Shown: positions 18,366 to 28,690 of the stretch, piece by piece | Numbering within the stretch: the first letter of the stretch is position 1 | How the letters are laid out: each line of letters begins with the position of its first letter | Source: a virus | Taxonomy: Duplodnaviria; Heunggongvirae; Uroviricota; Caudoviricetes | Length of the DNA stretch: 39,738 nucleotides | Virus record (IMG/VR): IMGVR_UViG_2529293069_000032 | Strand: one strand, 5' to 3' | Position numbers and translations under genes: made by a program | The notes under the pieces: generated by a model | What the model saw: the letters and a program-made list of their open reading frames with translations, nothing else | Told to the model about the DNA's origin: nothing | The model's database searches: none

Positions 18366-18869
18366 GTGAACCCCATGAGTATGGTTGCCAGAACCAACCC
18401 CGGACCCGCAGAGGACGACATCACCGATACCGATGATGGTGATACCCGTATTTCAGCGGGTGCATTCTGGCCGGATATTGTGCTGCGTGAGCTGCGTCTG
18501 GCGGTACGACTGCCGGGCCGTGTGACCACCTCCCGCCTGCTGCATACCGCCACCGGGGCCGTGGCACACGTTACCCGCGAGCTGGAAGCGTGGCAGCAGG
18601 AACAGCAGGCGGCTGGCCATCAGACGCTGGCCGATGTTCCGGCACCCGTAATTAACGGAGAAAGCGTCAATCTCTGGCACTGGCGCAATGCGGTTTACAC
18701 CGCCACACGCGCCCTGATTCTGGAGCGTTACCGCGATGCGGACACAACGGACAAGGGCGACCGCCGGGCGGACGCACTGGATATACAGACATCGGATTTG
18801 TGGCGCGATGTGAGCTGGGCCATCTCTGACATTCTGTGCCGCCCGCGAATCTTTGCGGAGTTGTGCTGA
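18366..18869 (+). CDS. L: Head completion/stabilisation protein (gpL-like)
   Basis: 167 aa, size and position match P2 L; GTG at 18366 (ATG also at 18375). Confidence 0.8.
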   Translation: MNPMSMVARTNPGPAEDDITDTDDGDTRISAGAFWPDIVLRELRLAVRLPGRVTTSRLLHTATGAVAHVTRELEAWQQEQQAAGHQTLADVPAPVINGESVNLWHWRNAVYTATRALILERYRDADTTDKGDRRADALDIQTSDLWRDVSWAISDILCRPRIFAELC

Positions 18870-19069
18870 TGAAAGTGAAGGCACTGGAAGGCGACACCGT
18901 GGATTCGCTCTGTTTCCGGTACTACGGCACGACGCAGGGCGTCACCGAAAAGGTGCTGGATGCCAACCCCGGACTCTGTCAGCAGGTATTTCTGGACGCC
19001 GGGCAGGACGTGGAGATGCCGGAGCCGGAGAAGAAGAAACGAGAAATGATTCAGTTGTGGGGGGAGTAG
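18869..19069 (+). CDS. X: Tail protein X (gpX-like)
   Basis: ATG overlapping L stop (TGATG); 66 aa MKVKALEGDTVDSLCFRYYG...; P2 X is 67 aa. Confidence 0.75.
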   Translation: MKVKALEGDTVDSLCFRYYGTTQGVTEKVLDANPGLCQQVFLDAGQDVEMPEPEKKKREMIQLWGE

Positions 19070-19071
19070 CA

Positions 19072-19395
19072 GTGAGCACCATTCAAACAGGGATCACAGA
19101 GCAGGTTATTGCGTGGCTCTTTGACCACCTGCCAACGGTGTATGCAGTAGGCGCGGCGGTCAGCATTTCCGCGCTGATGAGTCTTTATGACGGACGAACA
19201 CTGGTTCAGACCGTAACGGGATCGCTGGCGTGCGGCGTTCTTGCCATGGCCGTGGCCGGGTCGTTGCGCTTCTTCGGGTTTCCTGAAGATGCCGTGACGT
19301 TTATCGGCGCATCAATCGGTTTTATGGGTGCAGAGAAAGCACGCGACAAGGTTATTGCGGCCTTTAATCGCAGGGTGAAGGAGAAGGACGAATGA
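19072..19395 (+). CDS. Y: Holin (gpY-like)
   Basis: GTG start; about 107 aa with hydrophobic helices and charged C-terminus; directly upstream of endolysin. Confidence 0.6.
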   Translation: MSTIQTGITEQVIAWLFDHLPTVYAVGAAVSISALMSLYDGRTLVQTVTGSLACGVLAMAVAGSLRFFGFPEDAVTFIGASIGFMGAEKARDKVIAAFNRRVKEKDE

Positions 19396-19784
19396 GCAAC
19401 ACATTTAAATTCAGCAGCCGGAGCGAAAAGAATTTGCAGGGCGTAAATCCTGATCTGGTGAAAGTGACCCGACGGGCACTGGAAATCTCGGAAGTGGATT
19501 TTGGTATCACCGAAGGGTTGCGCAGCCGTTACCGCCAGAAGCAACTTGTGGCCACGGGTAAGAGCCAGACCATGAACAGCCGCCACCTTACGGGGCATGC
19601 CGTGGATATTGTGGCTTATATCGGCAGCCAGGTGTCATGGGAATGGCCGCTGTACGAAAAAATCGCAGCAGCATTCAGACAGGCCAGCCGGGAACTGAAT
19701 ATTCCGGTGGAATGGGGCGGCGACTGGAAGACCCTGAAAGACGGACCGCATTTTCAGTTACCGCACGGAGTTTATCCGGCATGA
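19392..19784 (+). CDS. Endolysin, peptidase M15 family (L-Ala-D-Glu peptidase type)
   Basis: 130 aa; SRHLTGHAVD ... W-x-WGGDW pattern typical of M15/VanY-like endolysins; replaces the P2 K lysozyme. Confidence 0.7.
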   Translation: MSNTFKFSSRSEKNLQGVNPDLVKVTRRALEISEVDFGITEGLRSRYRQKQLVATGKSQTMNSRHLTGHAVDIVAYIGSQVSWEWPLYEKIAAAFRQASRELNIPVEWGGDWKTLKDGPHFQLPHGVYPA

Positions 19785-20188
19785 AGCTCTGGCCCACGCT
19801 GGGCGTCGCTTTTCTTCTGATTGCCGCCTGGGGAGCATCCATGCGTCTGTCGTGGTCACTGGGCCGGGAGAACGCCAGAAACGAAGCGCAGGCCAGCACC
19901 CTGAAAAGTACCGTCGACACCCTGAATATCATCAGCGCCGGGGTACAGGATATGCAGCAGGTGCTGGCACAACTCCGCGCGGAAAATCAGCAACGCAATC
20001 AGGACGGAGAGGTAAGACGTGAACAGCTACGCAACGATATTGCAAAAGATGAATGCGCCCACGCTTTGCCTGACGCTCGTTTTACTGACAGGTTGCGCAG
20101 GCACGCAGAACGCGCCACGGCCAGCGCCGTCAGTCCGGCTTATACCGCAGACGCTGACCATACCGGTAATGCCTCCCCCCTTCCCTGA
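19781..20188 (+). CDS. lysB: i-spanin (Rz/LysB-like)
   Basis: ATG at 19781 overlapping endolysin stop; N-terminal TM helix then coiled-coil-like periplasmic domain. Confidence 0.6.
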   Translation: MKLWPTLGVAFLLIAAWGASMRLSWSLGRENARNEAQASTLKSTVDTLNIISAGVQDMQQVLAQLRAENQQRNQDGEVRREQLRNDIAKDECAHALPDARFTDRLRRHAERATASAVSPAYTADADHTGNASPLP

Positions 20189-20339
20189 TACTCCCACATG
20201 GGGAAATCTCGGTATATGGGGCGACCGCCTTCTGGATGCACTGGAAACCTGTAACGCGGATAAACGGGCCATTGAATTACTGGAACAGCGCAGGCTGCAA
20301 CGACTGAACAACGAGGACAACAACCATGCTGAAAACTGA
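20049..20339 (+). CDS. lysC: o-spanin lipoprotein (Rz1/LysC-like), overlapping lysB out of frame
   Basis: Lipobox LLTGC in MNAPTLCLTLVLLTGCAG; proline-rich; starts inside lysB and runs past it. Confidence 0.55.
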   Translation: MNAPTLCLTLVLLTGCAGTQNAPRPAPSVRLIPQTLTIPVMPPPFPDTPTWGNLGIWGDRLLDALETCNADKRAIELLEQRRLQRLNNEDNNHAEN

Positions 20340-20793
20340 TTCCCTGCGTGAAGCCATGACCCGTTCATGCCGATGGTGTCAGGCCAACCCGGAAAAATTC
20401 ACCATTTTCGTGGAGAGCGGCAACATTGAAACGACCGGAGAAACGCCCTCGTTTGTTTACCGCTATCAGATGGTGATGTTTGTCATGGATTACGCCGGGG
20501 AGCTGGACGACCTCACGCTGCCGCTACTGGCGTGGTTATCCGAAAATCAGCCGCAATTGTTGCTCAATCCGGAGCGTAATCAGGACATCAAATTCTCCGC
20601 CGTTATCAATGACGATGACAGCGCAGATCTCCTGTTTACGCTCCCTCTGCGGGAACGCGTTCGCATCACGCGCAGCAGTCAGGGGACACCGCAGGCAGAA
20701 CACCTGCCGGAGCCAAAACCCCGTCTGCCATCTTCCGAAGGCGACTGGTCGCATGTATTCCAGGATGTGACGTGGGGTGAAAGCGATGGATAA
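20326..20793 (+). CDS. R: Tail completion protein R
   Basis: 155 aa; position and size as P2 R. Confidence 0.75.
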   Translation: MLKTDSLREAMTRSCRWCQANPEKFTIFVESGNIETTGETPSFVYRYQMVMFVMDYAGELDDLTLPLLAWLSENQPQLLLNPERNQDIKFSAVINDDDSADLLFTLPLRERVRITRSSQGTPQAEHLPEPKPRLPSSEGDWSHVFQDVTWGESDG

Positions 20794-21421
20794 GGCATTC
20801 ACCCGCGTGGATGAAACCTTTGAGGCTATCCGCGACAGCCTGAATCAGCAGGCCATCAATAACATCGCCAGAAAGCTGGCACAGGATTTACGCCGCGCCC
20901 AGCAGGCGCGTATCCGGTCACAGAAAGCGCCGGACGGGACCGCGTGGACACCACGCAGACGCCGCGTAACCCGGATACAGGAACGCATTCGCTTTATCTG
21001 GAATAACGAAGCACGCACGCTGAAAAACTGGCATCACGACACGGGGAAATACGGGCGAACCATTACCGGGTGGGATGAGGATAAAAACAATATCCGCACG
21101 TTTTATCGGGATGACATCGACCGTTTTCTGGAAATACGCACCCGGCGCATCAACCAGGACAGCACCAGGCGCGTCCCCATGTTCGTAAAACTGCGCACCG
21201 CCCGCTACCTGAAAGCCCGTGCAGATGCTTCCAGTGTGACGGTGGGTTACAGCGGCGTGGCCGCACGTATTGCCCGCGTTCATCAGTTCGGTGAGCGCGA
21301 TCAGGTTGCGCCGGGCATTTTCACCGATTACCCGGTACGTGAGCTGCTGGGTATCAGCCAGGCAGATGAGCGCCTGATTTATAACACGGTGCTGGGCCGG
21401 ATTGCGGAGGCTGTACGGTGA
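20777..21421 (+). CDS. S: Tail completion protein S
   Basis: 214 aa; overlaps R stop; conserved R-S order. Confidence 0.75.
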   Translation: MKAMDKAFTRVDETFEAIRDSLNQQAINNIARKLAQDLRRAQQARIRSQKAPDGTAWTPRRRRVTRIQERIRFIWNNEARTLKNWHHDTGKYGRTITGWDEDKNNIRTFYRDDIDRFLEIRTRRINQDSTRRVPMFVKLRTARYLKARADASSVTVGYSGVAARIARVHQFGERDQVAPGIFTDYPVRELLGISQADERLIYNTVLGRIAEAVR

Positions 21422-21999
21422 GCGCAGAACTCATGCGACTGCTGAGCAATATCATCCGCACCGGGATCATCTCTGAAGTTGATGAGAAGTCCTGGCGCGT
21501 GCGCGTTCGCAGCGGCGAACTGGAAACAGACTGGTTGCGCTGGAACACCACGCGCGCGGGAGCCTTCAATGTGTGGCTGCCGCCATCACCAGGCGAACAG
21601 GTGGTAATTGCCTGCATTGGCGGCAACCCGGAAACCGCCATGATAATTGGCAGCCTGTGGAGTGATGCCAGTCCGGCACCCGGCAAAAGCCTGAAAGAAA
21701 TCGTGATCAGCGCGCCGGACGGCGCGGTGTTCCGCTACGACGCGGACGCAGGCGCACTGAGCGCCAGCGGCATGAAAACGGCCACTTTACAGGCATCCGT
21801 CAGCGTGAAACTGGATACGCCCGTCGTGGAATGCACAAACCTTCTGAGAACGGCGACGCTTGACGTCACAAAAGGAGGAAAGATGAGCGGCAATATCACG
21901 CACAGCGGCGGCAACTTCACCTCAAACGGCATTACCGTGCATACGCATAAACACGGTGGCGTGAAAGGCGGCAGCGATTCGACAGGAGGCCCGCAGTGA
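21418..21999 (+). CDS. V: Baseplate spike/assembly protein V
   Basis: 193 aa; Gly-rich C-terminus; conserved V-W-J-I order. Confidence 0.8.
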   Translation: MSAELMRLLSNIIRTGIISEVDEKSWRVRVRSGELETDWLRWNTTRAGAFNVWLPPSPGEQVVIACIGGNPETAMIIGSLWSDASPAPGKSLKEIVISAPDGAVFRYDADAGALSASGMKTATLQASVSVKLDTPVVECTNLLRTATLDVTKGGKMSGNITHSGGNFTSNGITVHTHKHGGVKGGSDSTGGPQ

Positions 22000-22346
22000 C
22001 AACCCGCTACACAGGAATGAATCCGGACGGGACGGGAAACCTGAACGATATGGAGCACCTGAAACAGTCAGTCAGGGACATCCTGACCACCCCGCTGGCA
22101 AGCCGGGTTATGCGACGGGAATATGGCAGCCTTGTGCCTGATTTGATTGACGAACCCATGAATAACACCACGCGTCTGCAATGCATGAGTGCTGCCGTGA
22201 TTGCACTGACACGATGGGAACCCCGCATTGCCCTGGATGCCATCGATGTTGTCTGGAAAGCAGGAGGCCGCGCCGGGGTGACGCTGTCGGGCACTGTCAT
22301 GCAGACCATGCAGAATGTTGAATTAACCATCACGCTGAGAGAGTAA
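21996..22346 (+). CDS. W: Baseplate wedge protein W (gp25-like)
   Basis: 116 aa (P2 W 115 aa); coupled to V and J. Confidence 0.85.
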   Translation: MTTRYTGMNPDGTGNLNDMEHLKQSVRDILTTPLASRVMRREYGSLVPDLIDEPMNNTTRLQCMSAAVIALTRWEPRIALDAIDVVWKAGGRAGVTLSGTVMQTMQNVELTITLRE

Positions 22347-22349
22347 ATC

Positions 22350-23246
22350 ATGCCTGCCGTTGACCTTTCCCAGTTACCGGAACCCGCCATCATAGCGGAG
22401 CCTGACTTTGAGGCAATTCTGGCTGACACAAAGGCCATGATGATTGCGGCTTATCCCGCCGAACAGCGTGAAGCCGTTTCCGCCGCGCTGGAGCTGGAAT
22501 CGGAACCCCTTAACGTTATCGCTCAAACCATGTCGTTTCGTGAAATGCTGTTACGCCAGCGGGTTAACGAGGGCGCACGCGCCTGCATGTTAAGCCACGG
22601 TTCAGGGACAAACCTGGACAACCTCGCGGGCAATATGAACACAAAGCGCCTGGTTATCACTCCGGCAACGGATACCACCGACGCGGTGATGGAGAGCGAC
22701 ACCTCGCTGAGACTGCGGGCGCAGCGGGCGTATGACGGCCTGAGTGTTGCAGGCCCGTCAGGCGCATACGAGTATTTTGCACGCAGCGCCAGCGGTCTGG
22801 TGCGTGATGCGCGGGCCATCAGCCCGTCTCCGGCCTGTGTGACGGTTTCCATTCTGTCCACTGAAGGCGACGGCACAGCAACGGAGGCGTTGCTTAATAC
22901 CGTTCGCGCCGTTCTGAATGCAGAGGATACCCGCCCGGTGGCCGACCGCCTGACGGTACAGAGCGCCAGAATCGTGACATGGCGGCTGAATGCAAAACTG
23001 TACTTTTACCCCGGCCCGGAATCCGAACCTATTCTGGCCGCGGCAGAATCGTCATTCAGGAAGTGGCTGGCTGAACAGGGGCTTATCGGTCAGGACGTGG
23101 CGTTGTCCGCCATTGCTGCCGCACTGCATGTGCACGGTGTGCAACGCGTGGAGATAATAGAACCCACACAGAATATGGCCATCAGCGACATACAGGCGGC
23201 GCGCTGTGAGTCATTTACCATCAGCGAAGGTGGGCGCAATGAGTAA
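22350..23246 (+). CDS. J: Baseplate protein J
   Basis: 298 aa (P2 J about 302 aa). Confidence 0.85.
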   Translation: MPAVDLSQLPEPAIIAEPDFEAILADTKAMMIAAYPAEQREAVSAALELESEPLNVIAQTMSFREMLLRQRVNEGARACMLSHGSGTNLDNLAGNMNTKRLVITPATDTTDAVMESDTSLRLRAQRAYDGLSVAGPSGAYEYFARSASGLVRDARAISPSPACVTVSILSTEGDGTATEALLNTVRAVLNAEDTRPVADRLTVQSARIVTWRLNAKLYFYPGPESEPILAAAESSFRKWLAEQGLIGQDVALSAIAAALHVHGVQRVEIIEPTQNMAISDIQAARCESFTISEGGRNE

Positions 23247-23769
23247 TTCGTTGTTACCACCATCAGCCAGCAATTTCATGCGTTGTGCCGAAGCTGTCGG
23301 AGCGCGCATTACAAATATCCCGGTAGACCTCAACACGCTGTGGTCGCCGGACACATGCCCGGTGCATCTGCTGCCTTATCTCGCCTGGGCATTTTCCGTT
23401 GACCGCTGGGATCGCAACTGGCCGGAAGAGACAAAGCGACAGGTGATTCGTGATGCATGGCTGATACACCGACACAAAGGGACCATCAGCGCACTGCGCC
23501 GGGCCATTGAGCCGCTGGGATACCTCATTCGTGTGTCTGAGTGGTGGGAGTTCGGCGGAGAACCGGGAACATTTACCGTTGAAGTCGGCACGCTGGACAG
23601 TGGCGTGACGGAGGAAATGTATCTGGAAATGGAGCGGTTGATTGCTGATGCCCGCCCGGTCAGCCGCCACATGACAGGGCTGAATATCATTCAGGAGATC
23701 CCGGGGGATATTTTCGCGGCGGCAGCAACTTACGACGGTGAAGTCATTACCATTTATCCGGACGATTAA
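23239..23769 (+). CDS. I: Baseplate protein I
   Basis: Track ORF 23206-23769; ATG at 23239 gives 176 aa (P2 I 176 aa), overlapping J stop. Confidence 0.8.
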   Translation: MSNSLLPPSASNFMRCAEAVGARITNIPVDLNTLWSPDTCPVHLLPYLAWAFSVDRWDRNWPEETKRQVIRDAWLIHRHKGTISALRRAIEPLGYLIRVSEWWEFGGEPGTFTVEVGTLDSGVTEEMYLEMERLIADARPVSRHMTGLNIIQEIPGDIFAAAATYDGEVITIYPDD

Positions 23770-23771
23770 GC

Positions 23772-25931
23772 ATGAGTACCACAACACGAAAATTTAAAAC
23801 CATTATCACTGATACTGGTGCCAAAAAATTAGCTCAGGCAGCCGCGCCAGATGGTAATCCTGTCCGCCTGACTCACATGGCCGTGGGCGACGGTGGCGGC
23901 ACGTTGCCCACACCAGACAGTAAGCAGACCCGTCTGGTGCATGAGGTGTGGCGACATACTGTTAATCGCGTCATCCTGGACGCAACACATCAGAACCGCA
24001 TTATTGCGGAGCTGGTTATTCCTCCTGAAACGGGCGGATTCTGGATCCGGGAAATTGGTGTATTTGATGAGCACGGCGATTTGATCGCGGTGGGCAATAC
24101 TGCCGAAAGTTACAAACCAACCGTTGCCGAAGGATCCGGACGTGCACAAACATTTCGCACCATTCTGACCGTATCCAGCACTGCCACCGTGGCGCTTACC
24201 GTGGATAACACCATGGTTATGGCCACAGTGGATTACGTGAATGACAAACTGAAAGAACATGAACAGTCACGACGTCACCCGGACGCCTCGCTGACCGCAA
24301 AAGGCTTTGTTCAACTCAGTAGCGCCACCAACAGCACGTCTGAAGCACTGGCCGCAACGCCGAAAGCGGTCAAGGCAGCCTATGACCTTGCTATCGGGAA
24401 ATATACCGCACAGGACGCCACTACAGCGCGGAAAGGACTTGTCCAGCTCAGTAGCGCCACCAACAGCGATTCAGAAACGCTGGCGGCAACACCAAAGGCG
24501 GTAAAGGCAACATATGACCTTGCTAACGGGAAATATACTGCGCAGGATGCCACCACAGCGCGGAAAGGCCTTGTCCAGCTCAGTAGCGCCACCAACAGCA
24601 CGTCTGAAGCACTGGCCGCAACACCGAAAGCGGTAAAGACAGCATATGACCTTGCTAACGGGAAATATACCGCTCAGGACGCTACGACAGCACAAAAAGG
24701 GATTGTCCAGCTAAGCAGCGCGACTAACAGCGCATCTGAAACGCTTGCTGCGACATCGAAAGCAGTGAAAGCAGCTAATGACAATGCGAATGGTCGGGTA
24801 CCTTCTGCCCGTAAGGTGAATGGTAAGGCGCTTTCAGCGGATATAACACTGACACCGAAAGATATTGGTACGCTTAACTCAACAACTATGTCATTCAGCG
24901 GTGGTGCTGGTTGGTTCAAATTAGCAACGGTAACCATGCCGCAGGCGAGTTCTGTTGTTTCAATTACGTTGATTGGTGGGGCTGGATATAACGTCGGTTC
25001 ACCTCAACAGGCAGGTATATCTGAACTTGTTTTGCGTGCAGGTAATGGTAATCCGAAGGGGATTACTGGTGCTTTATGGCAGCGCACATCGGCAGGGTTT
25101 ACAAATTTTGCCTGGGTCAATACATCTGGTGATACTTACGATATTTACGTTGCAATCGGAAATTATGCGACTGGTGTAAATATTCAATGGGATTATACCA
25201 GTAACGCCAGCGTAACGATTCATACTTCACCAGCATATTCTGCTAATAAGCCGGAAGGATTAACGGACGGTTCTGTTTATTCGCTGTATATTTCGCCTCA
25301 TGAACTTTATCCGGTTGGCGCACCGATCCCTTGGCCATCAGATACCGTTCCGTCTGGTTATGCCCTGATGCAGGGGCAGACTTTTGACAAATCTGCATAC
25401 CCGAAACTTGCAGCCGCTTATCCGTCAGGCGTGATCCCTGATATGCGTGGCTGGACGATTAAGGGCAAGCCCGCCAGTGGTCGTGCCGTATTGTCTCAGG
25501 AACAGGACGGCATTAAATCGCACACCCACAGCGCCAGCGTATCCAGTACGGATTTGGGTACGAAAACCACATCGTCGTTTGATTACGGGACGAAAACAAC
25601 CTCACTATTTGACTATGGGACCAAAACTACCAGTAACGCCGGGAGTCACACGCATTCAATACCAACATCAGATGGTGCAAACCAGGGGGGGAAAATTCCA
25701 CTGACATCTGGGCGTCTGGCAACTCAATATACATCAGCAACAACAGGTTCCTCTGGCTCACATTCTCATACTGTAGGTATTGGTTCTCATCAGCACACTG
25801 TCGGTATTGGTGCACACACGCACTCGGTTGCGATTGGCTCACATGGACACACCATCACCGTTAACGCTGCTGGTAACGCGGAAAACACCGTCAAAAACAT
25901 CGCATTTAACTATATTGTGAGGCTTGCATGA
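23772..25931 (+). CDS. H: Tail fibre protein H
   Basis: 719 aa; conserved N-terminal baseplate-attachment region, internal tandem repeats, C-terminal His-box tip ([32 protein letters not shown]). Confidence 0.85.
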   Translation: MSTTTRKFKTIITDTGAKKLAQAAAPDGNPVRLTHMAVGDGGGTLPTPDSKQTRLVHEVWRHTVNRVILDATHQNRIIAELVIPPETGGFWIREIGVFDEHGDLIAVGNTAESYKPTVAEGSGRAQTFRTILTVSSTATVALTVDNTMVMATVDYVNDKLKEHEQSRRHPDASLTAKGFVQLSSATNSTSEALAATPKAVKAAYDLAIGKYTAQDATTARKGLVQLSSATNSDSETLAATPKAVKATYDLANGKYTAQDATTARKGLVQLSSATNSTSEALAATPKAVKTAYDLANGKYTAQDATTAQKGIVQLSSATNSASETLAATSKAVKAANDNANGRVPSARKVNGKALSADITLTPKDIGTLNSTTMSFSGGAGWFKLATVTMPQASSVVSITLIGGAGYNVGSPQQAGISELVLRAGNGNPKGITGALWQRTSAGFTNFAWVNTSGDTYDIYVAIGNYATGVNIQWDYTSNASVTIHTSPAYSANKPEGLTDGSVYSLYISPHELYPVGAPIPWPSDTVPSGYALMQGQTFDKSAYPKLAAAYPSGVIPDMRGWTIKGKPASGRAVLSQEQDGIKSHTHSASVSSTDLGTKTTSSFDYGTKTTSLFDYGTKTTSNAGSHTHSIPTSDGANQGGKIPLTSGRLATQYTSATTGSSGSHSHTVGIGSHQHTVGIGAHTHSVAIGSHGHTITVNAAGNAENTVKNIAFNYIVRLA
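24300..24790 (+). repeat. About 3.7 tandem copies of a 132-bp (44-aa) repeat inside gene H
   Basis: Units start at 24300, 24432, 24564, 24696 (K-G-[FLI]-VQLSSATNS...TAQDATTA[RQ]); nearly identical at DNA level. Confidence 0.85.
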
Positions 25932-26830
25932 TTACGCTCATTCTTTCTGCACCAGTAACAGAAATGGCTGAAGCATTTAAGCGGGTATTTGCAAACGCAG
26001 ATAATGTGAATATTGTCGGAAAGCCATTTGAAACAATCAGAGAATTTGACTGTATGGTAAGTGCGGCAAATAGTTTCGGCCTGATGGATGGCGGTGTTGA
26101 TGCCGCCATTACCGCATTCTTCGGTACTCAGTTACAGTCCCGCGTTCAGAATCATATTCTTCGTGAATATCTAGGCGAGCAGCCTGTAGGATCTGCGTTT
26201 GTTATTGAAACGGGGCATAATCATCACCCCTGGCTGGTACATGCGCCAACAATGCGTGTTCCGCTGACAATTGACGGAACAGACGCTGTATATAACGCAA
26301 CCTGGGCCGCTCTGCTTGCCATCTTTCAGCACAATAAAAACGCAACGACAGACAGGAAAATAAAGACGGTGGTATTCCCTGCGATGGGGGCTGGATGTGG
26401 TCAGGTACCGTTTGAAAGTGTTGCCCGCCAGATGAAGCAGGCCTGGGATAACTTTAATAAAAAAACAGAATCAATTAACTGGGAATACGCACAATCCCGC
26501 CAGTCGGCAGTATTTGGCACATATGCATACTGTCCGGGTAATTCTGTTTGCCGTTATGCGGATGCTAAATATATTGGATGCGGCGATTATCGGACGTATT
26601 GCTCACGTTCCGGGCAGGTCTGTATTAACCCTGAACATCAGGCTGATGATGTACTGATACAACATCAGGCTAATAACCGGTTTCGCCCTGATTCGCATAT
26701 ACACCGGATTAATCCAGAAAATCCCGTAGGTAATGTCACCTCTGGCGCACATAGCCACAGAAGTAGCATCGTTATTGGTGCTCACACCCATACGCTCAAT
26801 AAACAATATTCTGTCTCTGATATTAAGTAG
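25928..26830 (+). CDS. Macro-domain protein with Cys-rich, tail-fibre-like His-box C-terminus, coupled to H
   Basis: 300 aa; ATGA overlap with H stop; macro signature [18 protein letters not shown] plus [12 protein letters not shown]-terminus [18 protein letters not shown] resembles H tip His-boxes. Confidence 0.7.
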   Translation: MITLILSAPVTEMAEAFKRVFANADNVNIVGKPFETIREFDCMVSAANSFGLMDGGVDAAITAFFGTQLQSRVQNHILREYLGEQPVGSAFVIETGHNHHPWLVHAPTMRVPLTIDGTDAVYNATWAALLAIFQHNKNATTDRKIKTVVFPAMGAGCGQVPFESVARQMKQAWDNFNKKTESINWEYAQSRQSAVFGTYAYCPGNSVCRYADAKYIGCGDYRTYCSRSGQVCINPEHQADDVLIQHQANNRFRPDSHIHRINPENPVGNVTSGAHSHRSSIVIGAHTHTLNKQYSVSDIK

Positions 26831-26832
26831 AG

Positions 26833-27417
26833 GTGAACATGGATTTCAGAATGAGTGAACAACCACGGACCATAAAAATTTATAATCTGCTGGCCGGAAC
26901 TAATGAATTTATTGGTGAAGGTGACGCATACATTCCGCCTCATACAGGTCTGCCAGCAAACAGTACCGATATTGCACCGCCAGATATTCCGGCTGGCTTC
27001 GTGGCTGTTTTCAACAGTAATGAGGCATCGTGGCATCTCGTTGAAGATCATCGGGGTAAAACGGTTTATGACGTGGCTTCCGGCGACGCGTTATTTATTT
27101 CTGAACTCGGTCCGTTACCGGAAAATGTTACCTGGTTGTCGCCGGATGGAGAGTGTCAGAAGTGGAACGGCACATCCTGGGCGAAAGATGCAGAAGCAGA
27201 AAAACTGTTTCGGGTACGGGAGGCAGAAGAAACAAAAAACAGCCTGATGCAGGTAGCCAGTGAGCATATTGCGCCACTTCAGGATGCCGTAGATTTGGAT
27301 ATTGCGACGGAGGAAGAGGCATCGTTACTGGCTGCATGGAAGACATATCGGGTATTGTTGAATCGTGTTGATACAACAGTAGCAGCGGATGTTGAGTGGC
27401 CAGTCGCCCCACAATAA
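26833..27417 (+). CDS. G: Tail fibre assembly chaperone (gpG/Tfa-like)
   Basis: 194 aa; conserved Tfa N-terminus ([37 protein letters not shown]). Confidence 0.8.
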   Translation: MNMDFRMSEQPRTIKIYNLLAGTNEFIGEGDAYIPPHTGLPANSTDIAPPDIPAGFVAVFNSNEASWHLVEDHRGKTVYDVASGDALFISELGPLPENVTWLSPDGECQKWNGTSWAKDAEAEKLFRVREAEETKNSLMQVASEHIAPLQDAVDLDIATEEEASLLAAWKTYRVLLNRVDTTVAADVEWPVAPQ

Positions 27418-27425
27418 AAAGAAAA

Positions 27426-27451
27426 AGCCATCGACAGAAATATCGATGGCT
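27426..27451. terminator. Bidirectional terminator between convergent G and acetyltransferase
   Basis: AGCCATCGA-loop-TCGATGGCT hairpin flanked by A-run (5') and T-run (3'). Confidence 0.55.
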
Positions 27452-27460
27452 TTATGTACT

Positions 27461-28033
27461 CTATTTATACAATACAACACCACTCTTTTTAGTTATATAT
27501 GTGCAGTTTGATGGTATATCTTTATTTATAAAAGACATTGCACCTATTTTTACATTATCCCCAATTTTACGTGATAATCCAATGATGCAACAATTAGCTC
27601 CGATATCAACGTTACTACCAATTTTTACTCTTGAACTAGGCATATCACCATCTATCTGTCCAATGGTAGTATTCTGTCGTAATACCAGATTTTCACCCGC
27701 ATCAACAGCAAAATGAACAACAATTCCAGCATGATGGGGAATTGTCAACCCTTTTCCAATATTTGCGCCCAATCCTATTTCACAACCAAACTTGTTAATT
27801 ATTTTACTGTTTAACTTTTTGGCTGCTTTCTTATGTAATTTATTACCATTAATATACATTTCGTTAGCCAACCGCCACCAGAAAAGGAAATTCCGGTTAC
27901 GCTGCTTTTTCTCTCTTAAAAGCCTCCAGATATCCATACGTTTCCGCCGAATTACTTCATGTTTCCAGAAGTTTTTTAAATTAGTAGAGTTTCCAAATAA
28001 AACAAAGTGAATTGCCATTAAGTAAGATAGCAC
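27461..28033 (-). CDS. Hexapeptide-repeat (LbH) acetyltransferase, CysE/WcaB-like; cargo in the P2 Z/fun position
   Basis: Track ORF to 28066; probable GTG start at 28031-28033 after TAAGGAG SD; TATAAT at about 28085; repeats IGLGANIGKG ... VKIGSNVDIGANCCIIG ... IGDNVKIGAMS; AT-rich. Confidence 0.75.
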   Translation of the reverse strand: MLSYLMAIHFVLFGNSTNLKNFWKHEVIRRKRMDIWRLLREKKQRNRNFLFWWRLANEMYINGNKLHKKAAKKLNSKIINKFGCEIGLGANIGKGLTIPHHAGIVVHFAVDAGENLVLRQNTTIGQIDGDMPSSRVKIGSNVDIGANCCIIGLSRKIGDNVKIGAMSFINKDIPSNCTYITKKSGVVLYK

Positions 28034-28189
28034 GATAATCTCCTTAATTATTATTTCAGACCACACATGTTATAAGGTTAAGAGATTATAAAATCCTGTT
28101 ATTTGTTATTCAAAAACAATTTTCTGAGAAGGACATACAACAGCAAGTCGCCAGTCACCTTCATCAGGAAATTGGCGACATACGTTAAA

Positions 28190-28684
28190 TCAGAGCAGCC
28201 CCTTAACTGAGCTGGCCGCGCTATTAAGGGATGATGTCACCTTATCTTTGAAGCCGGACAGCATATCGCTGAACGATGAGGATTGCAGGCGCTCCCGCAA
28301 ATCCTCATCACAGCGTTCAAGAGTCAGTGAAAATTCTATCTTTTTCGCCTTACCGTAGCGATCAAACTCGGAGCGGGTCGTATTCGTTCCGGTCAGGACA
28401 TACATGCCGTAAATCTGCCCGACGCCATCAATCAAAGGCCAAGGACGTCCTGTATATGCCTGCGTGGTCAACAACGACAGCGACACTTCGCCACCAGTAA
28501 TCTCAGGATAAAGAACACCAGAAAGAACGATGCGATCATCACCTGCACCGATATACTGCCAGCTTGCTGAACGGTTAACGCGTTCATTTTTCACATGTCG
28601 CCAGCTTTTGTTTTGCTGTAACTGCTGATGCGGCAACGTGCGCAGCTCAAAAACAAACATGCCGTAGATCATCATCATGGCCAT
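28190..28684 (-). CDS. U: Tail protein U
   Basis: 164 aa (P2 U about 159 aa); directly downstream of tape measure on the same strand. Confidence 0.8.
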   Translation of the reverse strand: MAMMMIYGMFVFELRTLPHQQLQQNKSWRHVKNERVNRSASWQYIGAGDDRIVLSGVLYPEITGGEVSLSLLTTQAYTGRPWPLIDGVGQIYGMYVLTGTNTTRSEFDRYGKAKKIEFSLTLERCDEDLRERLQSSSFSDMLSGFKDKVTSSLNSAASSVKGLL

Positions 28685-28690
28685 GACTCC

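Noticed and set aside
17954-18553. 199-aa and 147-aa minus-strand ORFs over genes M and L
   Set aside because: Antisense to conserved head genes in a GC-rich stretch; Arg/Ser/Pro-rich low-complexity translations typical of non-coding frames.
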